The notes below the pieces were generated by a model. The model was not told where the DNA came from, made no database searches, and saw nothing but the letters and a program-made list of their open reading frames with translations. A DNA stretch of 64,000 nucleotides from Mobula hypostoma (Eukaryota): the NCBI RefSeq assembly GCF_963921235.1, contig NC_086097.1:19346001-19410000 (forward strand). Direction: 5' to 3'. Each line of letters opens with the position of its first letter. Positions within the stretch are counted from its first letter, which is position 1. Of the stretch, positions 38,406 to 51,209 are shown in pieces. The translations under genes were made by a program, and so were the position numbers.

Positions 38406-38860
38406 AGTCGTTGAAACAACTCACCCTGTTCTTCTTGAGCACTGGTATTATAGTCATTCTTGTGAAGTAGGTGGAAGCCTCCAACTGAAACAGTGAGAGA
38501 TTGAAGATGTCCTTGAAGGTTCCTGCTAGTTAAATTGGCATAGGTTTCCAGTACCCTGCCAGGTACACCATCAGGACCTGATCCCTTGCAAGGTTTCACC
38601 CTCTTGAAAGATGTTCTGACATGGGACTCCAACACAGAGATCATAGAGTCACCAGATGCTGCAGCGATTTGCATAGACGTAGTTTTATTTTCCCTTTCAA
38701 TGTGTGCATAAAAGGCTTTGAGCTCATCTGGGAACAAAGCATTACAGTTATTCATGATGTTAGGTTTTGCCTTGCAGGATGTAATGGCCTGCAAACCCTG
38801 CCAGAGCTGACGCGCATCCAATTCCATCTCTAACTTCAATTGGAATTGCTTTTTCACTCT
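38406..38860 (-). mobile_element. Rex1/Babar-like LINE internal fragment
   Basis: ORF 38327..38857 (ARQLWQGLQAIT...KGSGPDGVPGRVL), homologous to 36660-37090 in opposite orientation. Confidence 0.8.
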
Positions 38861-40914
38861 CTTGATAAAACAACCTTCTTATCCCGGGAATTAGCCCTGG
38901 TGAATCTCTTTAGTCCAATTGTCAATGTCACTAGGTCATTTTCATTTAGGTAAGAGGACCAGAAAAGTGCAGAGTGTTCCAGGTGTGGCCTCACCAATAT
39001 TCTGTGTCATTGCAAAGTAACCTCCCTATTCTTAAATTCCAACCCCTTTTGCAACAAGGCCAAAGCATCAGCTGATTACTTCTTAACCACTTGATGGAGC
39101 TAGCCTTTGTGATTCATGCACTAAAACACACTGATCCTTCTATACTTCGATCATTTTCAGTCTCTCTTCACTTAGATAATAATTTTGCCTTTTGATTTGT
39201 CTTACCAAAGTGCGTGACCTCACACTTGCCCATGTGAAACTCCATTTTCCAGTCTTTAGTTTTCGGATGGGCTCGGAGTTGGACTGTGGTCAGATGCTTC
39301 CAGTATGCTGCATCGGCAAGTTGGCGGCGCTGGAGGTTCACCGTCTTTGTGAGATGATGGGACTTTCAAGAGACTTTGAGACTTTTACCGTGTCATGGTC
39401 TGTTCTTGTCAAATTACGGTATTGCTTTGCACTGTTGTAACTATATGTTATAATTATGTAGTTTTTGTTAGCTTTTAAGTCGGTTTGTCATGTGTTTCTG
39501 TGATATCATTCTGGAAAAACATTGTATCATTTCTTAATGCATGCACTACTAAATGACAATAAAAGAGGACTGCGTGTCCTCATAATCTAATCTAATCATT
39601 TAATCTATCTATTACCCATTTCACAATCATAGAAGACTTACTACAGCATAGCCTTACAGCACCTATTTTTCTTTGGTCAGCATATCTGGAAACGTTCCTC
39701 CAGATCATTAATGTAAATCATGAACAATTACTCCAATTCACTTTTTTCCCACAAAACATCCAGTTTTGTCTTCCATCCATTCTCCCTTCAATACCACAGG
39801 CTTCTAAGTTATGCACCAGCCTCCTATGTGAATTCAAGTGAATTCATCAAACATGACTTACCTTTCATAAAACCACCTTGACTGAGCTTAATTATATTCA
39901 GCTTTCTTAAATAATTTATTAGTTCCTCTGATTATTAAGATGCTAGACAGCCAATAATGCAAGCTGTTAAACTAACCTCTGGTTCCCTACCTTCCAATTT
40001 CCTTCTTTTTTTGATCAAGGGAGTTGGTTGTTTTCCAATTTTCTGGTAGCTTCTTAGAGTTTAGCAAATTATAAAAAATTTCAACCATTGGGTCCACTAT
40101 CTCTGCAGTGGACCTTAGCATGCAATCAACTGGGCCCTGGCGACTTGTTCACCTTTAGACGCTTGAGTTTCTCCAATGCCTTATCCTTTGTAATTTGGAT
40201 TTTTGTAAGCTTTACCATGTTATTTGAAGTTATCCTGTTTGATATTTTAGGATTATTGGCAATGGCTTCCACAGTGAAGACTGATACTAAATATTTATTC
40301 TGCGTATTTGCCTTCTAGTTGTTTGCAGTTATTAATTCACTCGCCACGTTCTCTGGAGGTGCCACATTTACCTTGGCTGTCCACTTCCTGTTAATATATC
40401 TATAGAAACTTCTACTGTTTGTTTTAAAACTGTGTGCAAATTTTCTCTCAAGATTCATTTTCTTATGATAGAAGACCAAATCTAAAGCAGTCATTCCGAG
40501 GTAGGTTCCACCATTTGCTGCTCTACAAAGCAATTACTGGCATATTCCACAAATTCTTCTTCTATGGTGCCTTCACCTGTTTGCTTCATCCATCAATACA
40601 CAGTTTAAAAATTTTCCATGATAATTGCAGTTTCCATCAAACGTGCCCTTGAGGTTTCCTCATTTATGTTTTGACCTACAGAAAGGTCACATTTTCAGTG
40701 TCTACAGACTTCCCCCCACCAGTGTCTTGGTTCCCTTGCTAGCTCAGCCCAAAGTGATTTCACATCACCATCCCTGTCTTTGTCTCACAATGGGTTTGCT
40801 TGATTAACCCAATATCCACCTCTTTTTCCTTTGGGCCTGCTGGTCAAAAGCCTTTACCTTGCAGACACTATAAGAATAAGGTCTGCACTTACATTTGCCT
40901 CAGTGAACGAACGT

Positions 40915-42270
40915 AGAACATAGAGATCTACAGCACATTATAGTCCCTTCAGCCCACAATGTTGTGCTGACCCATGTAACCTACTCTAGAAACTGCCTGG
41001 AATTTTGCTACCGCATAGCCCTCTATTTTCCTAAGCTCCATGTACCTATCTAAGAATCTCTTAAAAGACCCTGTTGTATCTCTTCCACCACCACCGCCGG
41101 CAGCCCATTCCACACACCCACCACTCTCTGCATGAAAAACTTACCCCTGACATCCCCTCGGTACCTATTTCCAAGCACCTTATCACTATGCCTCCTCGTG
41201 TTAGCCACTTCAGCCCTGGGAAAAAGCCTCAGGCTATCCACACGATAAATGCCTCTCATCATCTTATCCACCTCTCATCCTCCATCTCTCCAAAGAGAAA
41301 AGACCAAGATCACTCAACCTATTCTCATAAGGCATGCTCTCCAATCCAGTCAACATCATTGTAAATCTCCTCTGCACTCTCTCTATAGTATCCACATCCT
41401 TCCTGTAGTGAGGTGACCGGAACTGAACATAGTACTCCAAATGGGGTATAACCAAGTTCTTATATTGGTGTAACATTACCTCAGGGCTCTTGAATTCAAT
41501 CCCATGGTTGATGAAGACCAACACACCACACACCTTCTTAACAACACTGTCAGCCTGTGCAGCAGCTTTGAATGTCATATGGACATGGGCTCCAAGATCT
41601 CACTGATCCTCCACACTGCCAAAAGTCTTACCATTAATATATATATTATATTAACAAGGTAGTCTCCAGCCCCTTGGTATGAACATAGAATTCTCCAACT
41701 TCTGGTAATTCCCTCCCCCTCCCTTCCCCTATCTCTATCTCACTCTGCCCCCTCCCCCAGCTGCCTATCACCTCCCTCATGGTTCCGCCTCCTTCTACTA
41801 CCCATTGTGCTTTACCCTATTCCTTCTTCACCTTTCCTGCCGATCACCTCCCTGCTTCCCCTCCCCCACCCCTTTTATCTTCCCCCTGACTGGTTTTTCA
41901 CCTGGAACCTACCAGCCTTCTCCTTCCCACCCTCCCCCCCCACCTTCTTTATAGGGCCTCTGCCCCTTCCCTCTACAGTCCTGACGAAGGGTTTCAGCCC
42001 GAAATGTTGACTGATTGTTTCCACAGATGCTGCCCGACCTGCTGAGTTCCTCCAGTGTGTTGTGAGTGTTGCTTTGACCCCAGCATCGGCAGATTATTTT
42101 GTGTTTATATTATATTAAACTTGACCTAGCAAAATGAACCACTTCACACTTATCTGGGTTGAACTCCATCTGCCAATTCTCAGCCCAGTTCTGCATCCCA
42201 TTGATATCCTGCCATTACCTCTGACAACCCTCTAGACTATGCACAACACCCACAACTTTTGTGTCATCTT
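40915..42270 (-). mobile_element. CR1-clade LINE 3' part, interrupted by a plus-strand PLE tail (about 41655-42105; hammerhead 41976-42013)
   Basis: ORFs 41264..41578 and 41050..41271 are CR1 ORF2 C-terminus. The insert contains CAGTC-CTGACGA-AGGGTTTCAGCCC-GAAATGTT-GACTG. Confidence 0.85.
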
Positions 42271-42744
42271 TGAACCAACACAGGCTCTTTGCCAGCCGGC
42301 CATCAACCACCTCCTCCTCACAGGTCTGGCACCTCTAGCTCACCTGAGAGCCTTTAACTAGCAAGGGAAATGAAGTGGGTGGGTTTAACCAGCTCTTCAG
42401 ATCTGGTGAGCCGGGGTGGATTGTACGCTGCATGGGTGAAGCAGAGCAAGCATCCGAACGGTAGCAAGGGGGCTGACCTTCTCTGTGTAATCCAGGCCTG
42501 TAGCTGAGGCAGAAGGAACTGGAATTCCCCAGTATGACCGGAATGCAGATTCCCCCACTTGGAAGATAAAAATGTTACTTAATTTCTACTTACTTTAAAT
42601 CTTTAAGAAGTATTTATTAGTGTTTTAACATGGTTTAAATATTAAACATTTTAATTGCAATGAACTTTTTAGCTTTTAAGTGTCATGGTATGAGGTTTAA
42701 AAACTCTTAAAGTCTCAGTGACTCCGGTGGGAGGAAAAGCTCCG

Positions 42745-43065
42745 ACCCAAGTGTTGCTTCCTGTCATTGGCTCTCAGGGAGAAGTGGGGGCGGGTCCACG
42801 GCAAGTCTAACCCAAGTGTTGCTTCCTGTCATTGGCTATCGGGGAGAAGTGGGGACGGGTCCACGGCAAGTCCAACCCAAGTGTTCCTTCCTGTCATTGG
42901 CTCTCAGGGAGAAGTGGGGGCGGGTCCACAGCAAGTCTAACCCAAGTGTTGCTTCCTGTCATTGGCTATCGGGGAGAAGTGGGGACGGGTCCACGGCAAG
43001 TCCAACCCAAGTGTTGCTTCCTGTCATTGGCTATCGGGGAGAAGTGGGGGCGGGTCCACGACAAG
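42745..43065. repeat. Tandem repeat, 5 x 65 bp, in A-B-A-B-hybrid order
   Basis: Units start at 42745, 42810, 42875, 42940 and 43005 (ACCCAAGTGTTGCTTCCTGTCATTGGCT[C/A]TC[A/G]GGGAGAAGTGGGG[G/A]CGGGTCCACGGCAAGTC[T/C]A). Confidence 0.95.
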
Positions 43066-43335
43066 ACCTCACTGTCTAGGTCAGCCTTTCTCAACCTTTT
43101 TGCCCTGGAGGAACCCTTGAAATAATTTTCAGGTCCCAGGGAACTCTTGCGTAAAAATTATTATATCCACAGCTCGCAGTGTGTTAGCATGATCTGTATA
43201 GATATAATCTGTGTAGTTGTAGATATAATAATCCAAAAATAATTGTCAACGTTCTTTTGAAATAAAAGGTAGTTCAGCTTGGCTTACCTCTCTTAAAATT
43301 AATCCCTTACTTTCATAAATTTTAAAAACTCATTA

Positions 43336-43653
43336 ATTATATTGCAAAACTGGAAAAAACCCAGATGTCCCACTGTGAAGGAATGGACTGAGGAAATGAT
43401 TAAGATTTCATCATATGAACACATGTTGGGAAGAATTAACAGTGAGGGAAAAGGGCAAGACACATGGGATCAATTTTGGTTGTATGTTAATTTAAACTTA
43501 AATTAGAACTTCTTTCTGTTTCTAAGTTTTATTTGTTTTCCTGTTATGGGACGGCTGTATAAATACGCTGTACTCTATCTGCTCTATTATATGCTGTGCT
43601 GCTTTGTAAAATAAGAGTAAATAATAATAAAAATTTGAATTACAAAAAAAAAA
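43336..43653 (+). mobile_element. L1/Tx1-like 3' end inserted in the hAT element
   Basis: WKKPRCPTVKEWTEEM...TWDQFW C-terminal motif, AATAAA and an A-tail; CTCATTA repeated on both sides (43329-43335 / 43656-43662). Confidence 0.6.
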
Positions 43654-44715
43654 TCCTCATTACACAAACATCATAGATTTCTACTAAATAAATGGCTTTA
43701 GCCAAAGTTCGATTTAATTTTTCTAAAGGTAGGCTTGGTAGATTTAATTTAAATAAAGGTTGTATATTGCTTTTAATTAATGCTGTTTACAACGTGAAAA
43801 TTTATTGACAATGTTGAATGAAAGCTACTAAAAACCATAAACCAGAGCAATATGAATGAAATATAGCTTTAGACTCAATTTTATACAAGACTAAAAAAAC
43901 ATTTTTGTATTAAATGACATGATCAGGCTCAGATATAGGCCTAGCTTCTGAAACGTTTGCTGTGTTTTTGCTGCACAAATACTCAATTTTGGGTTGAGCA
44001 AGATAAGCGCACAAGGATTTCACCTTCAACTGAAATGAGACGATTTCTATCCTTGCTCTTAATGCTTGTTAAGAAAGAAAAATCTTGCTCACACATGTAA
44101 GAAGTTGAAAACTGCAGCAAAATGTTCATTGCTGTCTTATGAATGGCAGGATACTCTTCTTTCACGGAAATGCAGATCTTGTCCAGGGGCAAGTCAGTAA
44201 ATCTCATCTTGAGTGCACGATCAGACTGCAGCTCACAAAGTTAAACATTCTTGAGTCAACTGCTCTTTATTTAATAAAATTAACCATTTTTGTAGTATCA
44301 ACCAGAACTTTTCTCATTTCATCTCCAAGAGGTTTTGACATCAGCACCTCACTGTGAAGAAAGCTGTGTGTGTTGTGACACCATCAAGGTTTTCTTTTTT
44401 TATAAGAGAAACCAAACCTCTCATGGAGCCATCAGTACAGATGCCAACACAGTTCCTCCAAGACAGACCTTTTGTTTCCAGATATGAAGACAAAACATTA
44501 AATATATCTTGGCCTTTGATTGTTTCAGGTATCTCTTTGTAATGGAAAGGGTTTTCTTGAATTTCACCATAATTTACAAATCTTACCAATGCTACAACAT
44601 GACATTTATTTGTGAACTCTGTTGACTAATCAACCTGGATAGAGAAGCTGTTGTTTTTCTGTTTGTCACAGAAAACCTCTTCAACATCATGTGACATGTC
44701 ATCAATACAGTGACT

Positions 44716-45200
44716 GGGCACAGATGAGATTTACAAGGATGTTGCCTGGATTGGGGAGCATGCCTTATGAGAATAGGTTGAGTGAACTTGGCCTTTTCTC
44801 TTTGGAGCAACGGAGGATGAGAGGTGACCTGATAGAGGTGTACAAGATAATGGAGGCATTGATCATGTGGCTAGTCAGAGGCTTTTTCCCGGGGCTGAAG
44901 TGGCTAGCACGAGAGGGCATAGGTTTAAGATGCTTGGAAACAGGTACAGAGGAGATGTCAGGGGTACGCTTTTTATGCAGAGAGTGGTGAGTGCGTGGAA
45001 TGGGCTGCCGGCGGCGGTGGTGGAGGCGGAAATGATAGGGTCTTCTAAGAGACTTCTGGATGGCTACATGAAGCTTAGAAAAATAGAGGGCTATGGGTAA
45101 AGCCTGGGTAGTTCTAAGGTAGGGATATGTTTGGCACAGCTTTGTGGGCCGAAGAACCTGTATTGTGCAGTAGGTTTTCTAAGTTTCTATGTTTCTATGT
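44716..45200 (+). mobile_element. CR1 3' fragment inserted in the hAT transposase
   Basis: ORFs 44691..44990 and 44867..45100 (RFTRMLPGL...RGDLIEVYKI); (TTTCTATG)n tail. Confidence 0.9.
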
Positions 45201-45220
45201 TATCGTACTGTTTGAGAGTA

Positions 45221-46238
45221 GCCGCCTTCTCACCCAACAAAAACCATGCAAGAGCCCACTCTCCAGCTACTATATGAGGATGACTGTGCTCTTCCCACGC
45301 ACGCAGAGGATGCACTACAGGCTGCAGTCACAGTTCGCCAAGGCTGCAAGGGCTTTAGGGTTAACGGTCCGTCTGAATCTCCATGATGCTCCATCAGAAG
45401 CCCCCTCGTGGTGTTTACAGCCAACCTCGGATGACCATTGATGACCACCATCTCACCACGGTTGAGCAGTTCACCTACCTGGGCAGCATCATCTCCAACG
45501 ATGCTACGGTAATAAGGGACATTGACAATCGACTCACCAGAGCCAGCAGTGCCTTTGGGCGCCTCCAGAAACGTGTGCGGAAGAACCACCAGCTGCAACT
45601 GTCCACAAAAATCCAGGTGTGCAGGGCTACCATCATCGCAACACTGCTATACGGTTCTGAAGCCTTGATCTCGTACCACAAGCAAATCCGGTCGCTCGAA
45701 CACTTTCATCAGCACTTCCTCCACTCCATCATGGGTATCAGCTGGCAGGATCAAGTCTCCAACATTGAAGCCACTTTGCTGCTCTAGCTGCTCCACCGGC
45801 CAGGCCACGTGTCTCCCATGGACAGCTCCAGGTTACCGAAAACAATACTCTATGGAGAACTCCCTCAGGGCAAGAGAGATCATAGTGCCTTATGCAAGAG
45901 GGACAAAGACCAACTGAAGCAGCAGCTCCCTCTGGAAAATATCGAGGTCAGCAAGGGGCAGCAGCCGGCTTGTGACAGAGACCGCCGGAGAACGCTAATC
46001 CACAGAGTAGCCATGAATTTTGAGGAATCCAGAAGAACGACTGCTGAAGAGAAGAGGGGACACAGCAAAGATACTACTACCCAAGTGCCACATCCCAGCT
46101 GTTCCCCTGTCCCTACTGTCCCAGAGTCTGCAGATCCAGAACTGGCCTCTATGGTCACCAATGATCAAACCATCACTCCTGAGGACTCTTTTTCCATCCT
46201 GATCTTCACAAGTGAAGAACCAGCCATCATCATCAATG
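45221..46238 (+). mobile_element. RTE-clade LINE 3' part inserted in the hAT transposase
   Basis: ORF 45383..45787 VEQFTYLGSIISND...RASSAFGRL...TLLYGSE; ORF 45809..46339 RLPKTILYGEL; (CAT)n tail. Confidence 0.88.
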
Positions 46239-47564
46239 AGCATGAAACCTTTTCAATCTCTCACACTACATCTTGTCCGAGCTTTTTACTCACTATAATT
46301 TTACATGCTGGCATTATTAGGTTCTCACCATCTGTGTGATTTTTCCTTTTCTGGGTAATAAGTTCTGCTACTAAGTAACTTGCTTCCTGGATACTTCTAT
46401 TGACTGTGACCTTATTAAAAAAATCTTTACTCTGTTTGTTTTGAGATTCCAATAGATGTTTAAAATAATCAGCACTTTTATGTGTCATATGGCAGTGATT
46501 TGTAGTTAAATATCTTTTCATTTCTGTGGGAACCACTACTGCATTTGTAAATTGTTTGCCACAGACTAGGCAATAGGACAACTTAGATCACCAGTCCATG
46601 TAAAACCCATTGATAAGTCTTTTCATTGTAAAGACAGATTGTTTGTGTCCATTGTTGCACTGGAGCAGTAAGATGACTCAGAAAATTGTAATTCAAAAAT
46701 TGCCACATTGGACCGTCAGACATGTCCGTAAAACCCGGGATAATAAAATATAAATTTGGGTGAGTCTATTGAATGCCTGGAAAATGCACTTCATGCTCCT
46801 CATCAGCCTACGGTCCTCCCCTCTGTGCAATACAGCGCTCACCAATTATCAACGGCCTCCCCTATCTCACATCAAAAACTGAGAACAGACTCAACCAAGT
46901 CTTACTGCACACTGCCATACTGCGCTGAGTGACCTGTACCAAGATTGCTAACAGGGCTGCTTAGTCACTGCCCACCACTGCGAATGGTAGCATTGCACGT
47001 TGCGTGAAGTTCATAAAACAATGCTTCTTTTTTATCACAATCTCTCGTAAAACCCCCATTGAGAAACCCTGGTCTAGGTCAAGAACCACAGCGTGAATGG
47101 ACCAGGGGGTCTGCACCAAGTGATATAGACGTGAGGCAATGCCTAGATGATGGATCAAAACAAATAATTTCTATCTATTTTGTATATGCAAGCATCATAT
47201 TCTTACAAAATATTGGTTTATGATATTCAAATATGGGCAGATGACAAGATTAATTTTGTATACTCATGGATATTTCATGATGTTAATGGTTCTCTCAGAT
47301 GCAAGTTGTTGTTTTACTGTTATCACTATTATTTTTGTTGCTGCTGTTGTTCCTGTTATCTGTTGTGTATTTAATATTTCAGTAATATTGTAAATATATT
47401 GTTTGATTCAGCATTCTTTGATGGTTACATAATGCATTGTGGGTTATATATAAAAGTATGTAAATAGCGTACATCATCACACCACCGCGTGATACGTGCA
47501 CGCCTCACTAGTAGTAAAATGAAGTTAGAATCCTATTTCGGACTCCTTTGTTTTCTTTATTACC

Positions 47565-48573
47565 TGACTGGCAGACCACAGTACGTGTGCTTGCAACACT
47601 GTGTCCGACAGAGTGATCAGCAGCACTGGGGCTCCACAGGGGACTGTCTTGTCTCCCTTTCTCTTCACCATTTACACCTCGGACTTCAACTACTGCACAG
47701 TGTCTTGTCATCTTCAGAAGTTTTCAGATGACTCTGCCATAGTTGGATGCATCAGCAAGGGAGATGAGGCTGAGTACAGGGCTACGGTAGGAAACTTTGT
47801 CACATGGTGTGAGCAGACTTATCTGCAGCTTAATGCAAAAAAGACTAAGGAGCTGGTGGTAGACCTGAGGAGAGCTAAGGTACCGGTGACCCCTGTTTCC
47901 ACCCAGGGGGTCAGTGTGGACATGGGGATACGAATTGACAATGAACTGGACTGGTCAAAGAACACTGAGGCTGTCTACAAGAAGGATCAGAGCCATCTCT
48001 ATTTCCTGAAGAGACTGAGGTCCTTTAACATCTGCCGGACGATGCTGAGGATGTTCTACGGGTCTGTGGTGGCCAGTGCTATCATGTTTGCTGTTGTGTG
48101 CTGGGACAGCAGTCTGAGGGTAGCAGACACCAACAGAATCAACAAACTTATTCGTAAGGCCAGTGATGTTGTGGGGATGGAACTGGACTCTCTCACGGTG
48201 GTGTCTGAAAAGAGGATGCTGTCCAAGTTGCATGCCATCTTGGACAATGTCTCCCATCCACTACATAATGTACTGGGTGGGCACAGGAGTACATTCAGCC
48301 AGAAACTCATTACACCGAGATGCAACACTGAGCGTCATAGGAAGTCATTCCTGCCTGTGGCCATCAAACTTTACAACTCCTCCCTTGGAGGGTCAGACAC
48401 CCTGTGCCGATAGGCTGGTCCTGGACTTATTTCATAATTTCCTGGCATAATTTACATATTACTATTTAACTATTTATGGTTCTATTACTATTTATTATTT
48501 ATGGTGCAACTGTAACGAAAACCCATTTCCCCCTGGGATCAATAAAGTATGACTATGACTATGACTATGACTA
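47565..48573 (+). mobile_element. Rex1-like LINE, 5'-truncated, with a 270-aa open RT C-terminal frame
   Basis: ORF 47601..48413 STGAPQGTVLSPFLFTIYT...QKFSDDSAIVG; tail AATAAAG(TATGAC)n. Confidence 0.92.
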
Positions 48574-48999
48574 TTTTCAAATAGTTTAATATTTTGGAGT
48601 TATAAAGGCTCGCATTACCAGTATTGTTGATGATGCTTCTGTTACAGTTCCCCGTTAAAGCTATTACCTTGTCTTTTTACTGTTATTACTAACTATTGGT
48701 GCTGATGTTGCTAATGCTATTACTGATGCTGTGGCTGCCACTATTACACAGTTAGCGTGCACTTTACAGCACCAGCGATCGAGGTCCAATTCCTGCCATT
48801 GAAAAGTTCAAAGTAACTTTCATTATCAAAGTACATATACATCACCATATACAACCCTGAGGTTCATTTTCCTACGGGCATACTCATCAAATCTGTAGAA
48901 CAGTAACTATAACAGGATCAATGAAAGATCAACTAGGGTGCAGAAGACAACAAACTGTGGAGATACAAATACAAATAAATAGCGAGAAAATCAGATAAT

Positions 49000-49980
49000 G
49001 AGTCCTTAGTGAGATCACTGGTTGTAGGAGCATTTCCATGAAGAGGCAAATGAGTATAATTATTCCCTTTTGTCCCTGATGGTTGAAGGATAGTAATTAT
49101 TCTTGAACCTGGTGGTGTGAGCCCTGAGGCTTTTATACCATCTACCCGATAGCAGTGAGAAGAGAGCATGACCTGGTTGATGGGGATCTCTGATGTTGGA
49201 CACTGCTTTCTTATGATAGTGTTTCATGTAGATAAGCATTTGTCCTTTTGCAAGATTTTCTGTGTTTCCATACCAGGCCATGACGCAGCCAGTCAAAACA
49301 CTCTCCACTACACTTCTTTAGAAGTTTGGTGAAGTTTTATATGTCATGCCAGATCTCCACAGACTCCGAAGGAAGCAGAGGCGATGCTGTGCTTTCTTCG
49401 TAATTGCACTTACGTGCTGGGTCCAGGACAGGTCCTTTGAAACAGTAACATCCAGGAATTTAAAGCTGATAACCCTTTCCGCCTTTGATCCTCCGAGGAC
49501 TGGCTCATGGACCTCTGGTTTCCTTCTCCAGAAGTCTACAACCAGTTCCTTGGTCTTGTTGACATTGAGTGAGATGTTGTTGCTATGACACAAATCAGAT
49601 AAATTTTCATTCTCCCTGATTTATCACCACCTTTGATTTGGCCCACAACAGTGGTGTTGTCAGCAAACTTGAATATGGCATTAGAGCTGTGCTTAGCCAC
49701 ACAGTCATAGGTGTAAAGCAAGTAGATCAGGGGGCTAAGCACACATCCCTGTGGTGCACCTGTGCTGATGGAGATTGTGGAGGAGATTCAGTTGCCAATC
49801 CAAACTGACTGGGGTCTACAAGTAAGAAAATTGAGGATGGAATTGTAAATGGAGGCATTAAGGCCAAGGCCTTGGAGCTTATTGGTTAAGTTTTGAGGGC
49901 ATGATGACATTGAATGCTGATCTGTGCTTGATAAAGATCGTCTTGAGGTATGCACCTTTGCTGTCCAGATCTTCCTGATT
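49000..49980 (-). mobile_element. Rex1/Babar-like LINE fragment
   Basis: ORFs 49536..49742 (LSPLIYLLYT...KFADNTTVVG), 49318..49593 and 49060..49308. Confidence 0.85.
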
Positions 49981-50827
49981 TGATGAGTCAATGTTTTCAC
50001 TATTAACCAAGTAGGCTTCCTCCGGGTTCTCCAATTTCCTACCACATTCCAAAAACATACAGGGTTAGGGTTAGTAATGGGTGCTATGTTGGTGCTGGAA
50101 GCATGACGCGCCTGTGGGCTGCCCCCAGCACATCTTCGGACTGTACTGGTCATTGAAGCAAACAACATATTTCACTGCATATCTGGTGGGAGCAAAAGAT
50201 TTTTGGAATGGAGAGGGTAGAGTGCCACGGGAGGGGCGTGGGACAGTTGGCAGAGAAGGAGAGCCAGGGATGGTGGGTGGTATGGCTGCAGACACACCCA
50301 GCTCTGAGATACCAGGCAAGTTTATTTGATTCCAAGCAATTGGTTTATTGATCGATACAGAATGTCTCTCTGGTGCTTCCCACTCTCTCGCCTCTCCCTT
50401 CCCCTTTTCCCAACCATGATTCCTGACCCTCCCTGCTCTCAGTCCACAATAGAGACCCATATAGAATCAGGCTTATCATAACTCATATATCATGAAATAT
50501 GTTTTTCGTGGCAGCAGTACAGTGCAATACATAAAATTACTACAGTACTATGCAAAAGTCTTAGGCACCCTAACTACATATACATTGCTAAGATATGTAC
50601 TGTATATGGGATAAACCCTAATCTAATCTAATCTGATGCTGCTAGTATTCCAGTCAGTAATACTGTGTTGCAGTTGCTATGACGAATACCGGTGATGTTG
50701 TTATTAATTGCGATTACTGATGCCATTGTTGCTACATTCACTGTTACCGTTACAATCACTATTACTGTTGTTTTTATCACTACTTGTTTCTTTTGCTGAT
50801 GTTGGTCCAGTTTCACTATTTCTCTTA

Positions 50828-51033
50828 TTCTTGTTGTTTCTTTCCATGCCTTGTGCTGCATCAGGCTGCATTTTTTTGCCATTTTCTTAGCATTTTGTCT
50901 GTATTTTATGAGGCCGAATTGCTAGCTCGACACTCAACCCAGCACAGGTGGAAAGCACGCAAGGGTCGAGCCGGATGTGAACCCGGGACCATTCGCCTCA
51001 AAGTCCAGTGCTGATGCCACTACACCACCGGCC
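50828..51033 (-). mobile_element. tRNA-derived SINE with Pol III A/B boxes
   Basis: Minus strand GCCGGTGGTGTAGTGG (A box) ... GGGTTCACATCC (B box), followed by a non-tRNA body and an (AAC)n-like tail. Confidence 0.7.
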
Positions 51034-51209
51034 AGCATATTCCTTTTATCATTACTGTTGTTTTTGTTATTGTTGCTATTACATCTGTCTTGTGTTACAA
51101 TCGCCCATCTGATAGACACACCTATACTCAAACAAGCTCACAGTGTTATTAAGTTCAGAATTCTGACGTACAAGCACACATTCATTCCTACAGGCAGCAG
51201 AACTAGCTT

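Larger units (their letters stand above)
43082..47071 (-). mobile_element. hAT (Charlie/Buster-type) DNA transposon fossil with pseudogenised transposase
   Basis: TIRs CAGCCTTTCTCAAC / ATTGAGAAACCCTG; perfect 8-bp TSD GTCTAGGT (43074-43081, 47072-47079). Transposase remnants: BED finger CLVCG...EASYLVAELI (46261..46581), WRNCVGICTDG (44341..44589) and dimerisation region LLQFSTSYMCEQDFS (43983..44207). Confidence 0.92.

Noticed and set aside
42745..43065. Possible CRISPR array
   Set aside because: Units are contiguous near-identical 65-mers with no unique spacers, no cas genes are present, and the context is eukaryotic.
43983..46581. Domesticated ZBED5/SCAND3-like host gene
   Set aside because: Stops, frameshifts, three LINE insertions and retained TIRs/TSD show a dead transposon.
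50960..51033. tRNA gene on the minus strand
   Set aside because: A/B boxes are present but there is no convincing acceptor stem, and it continues into a SINE body.
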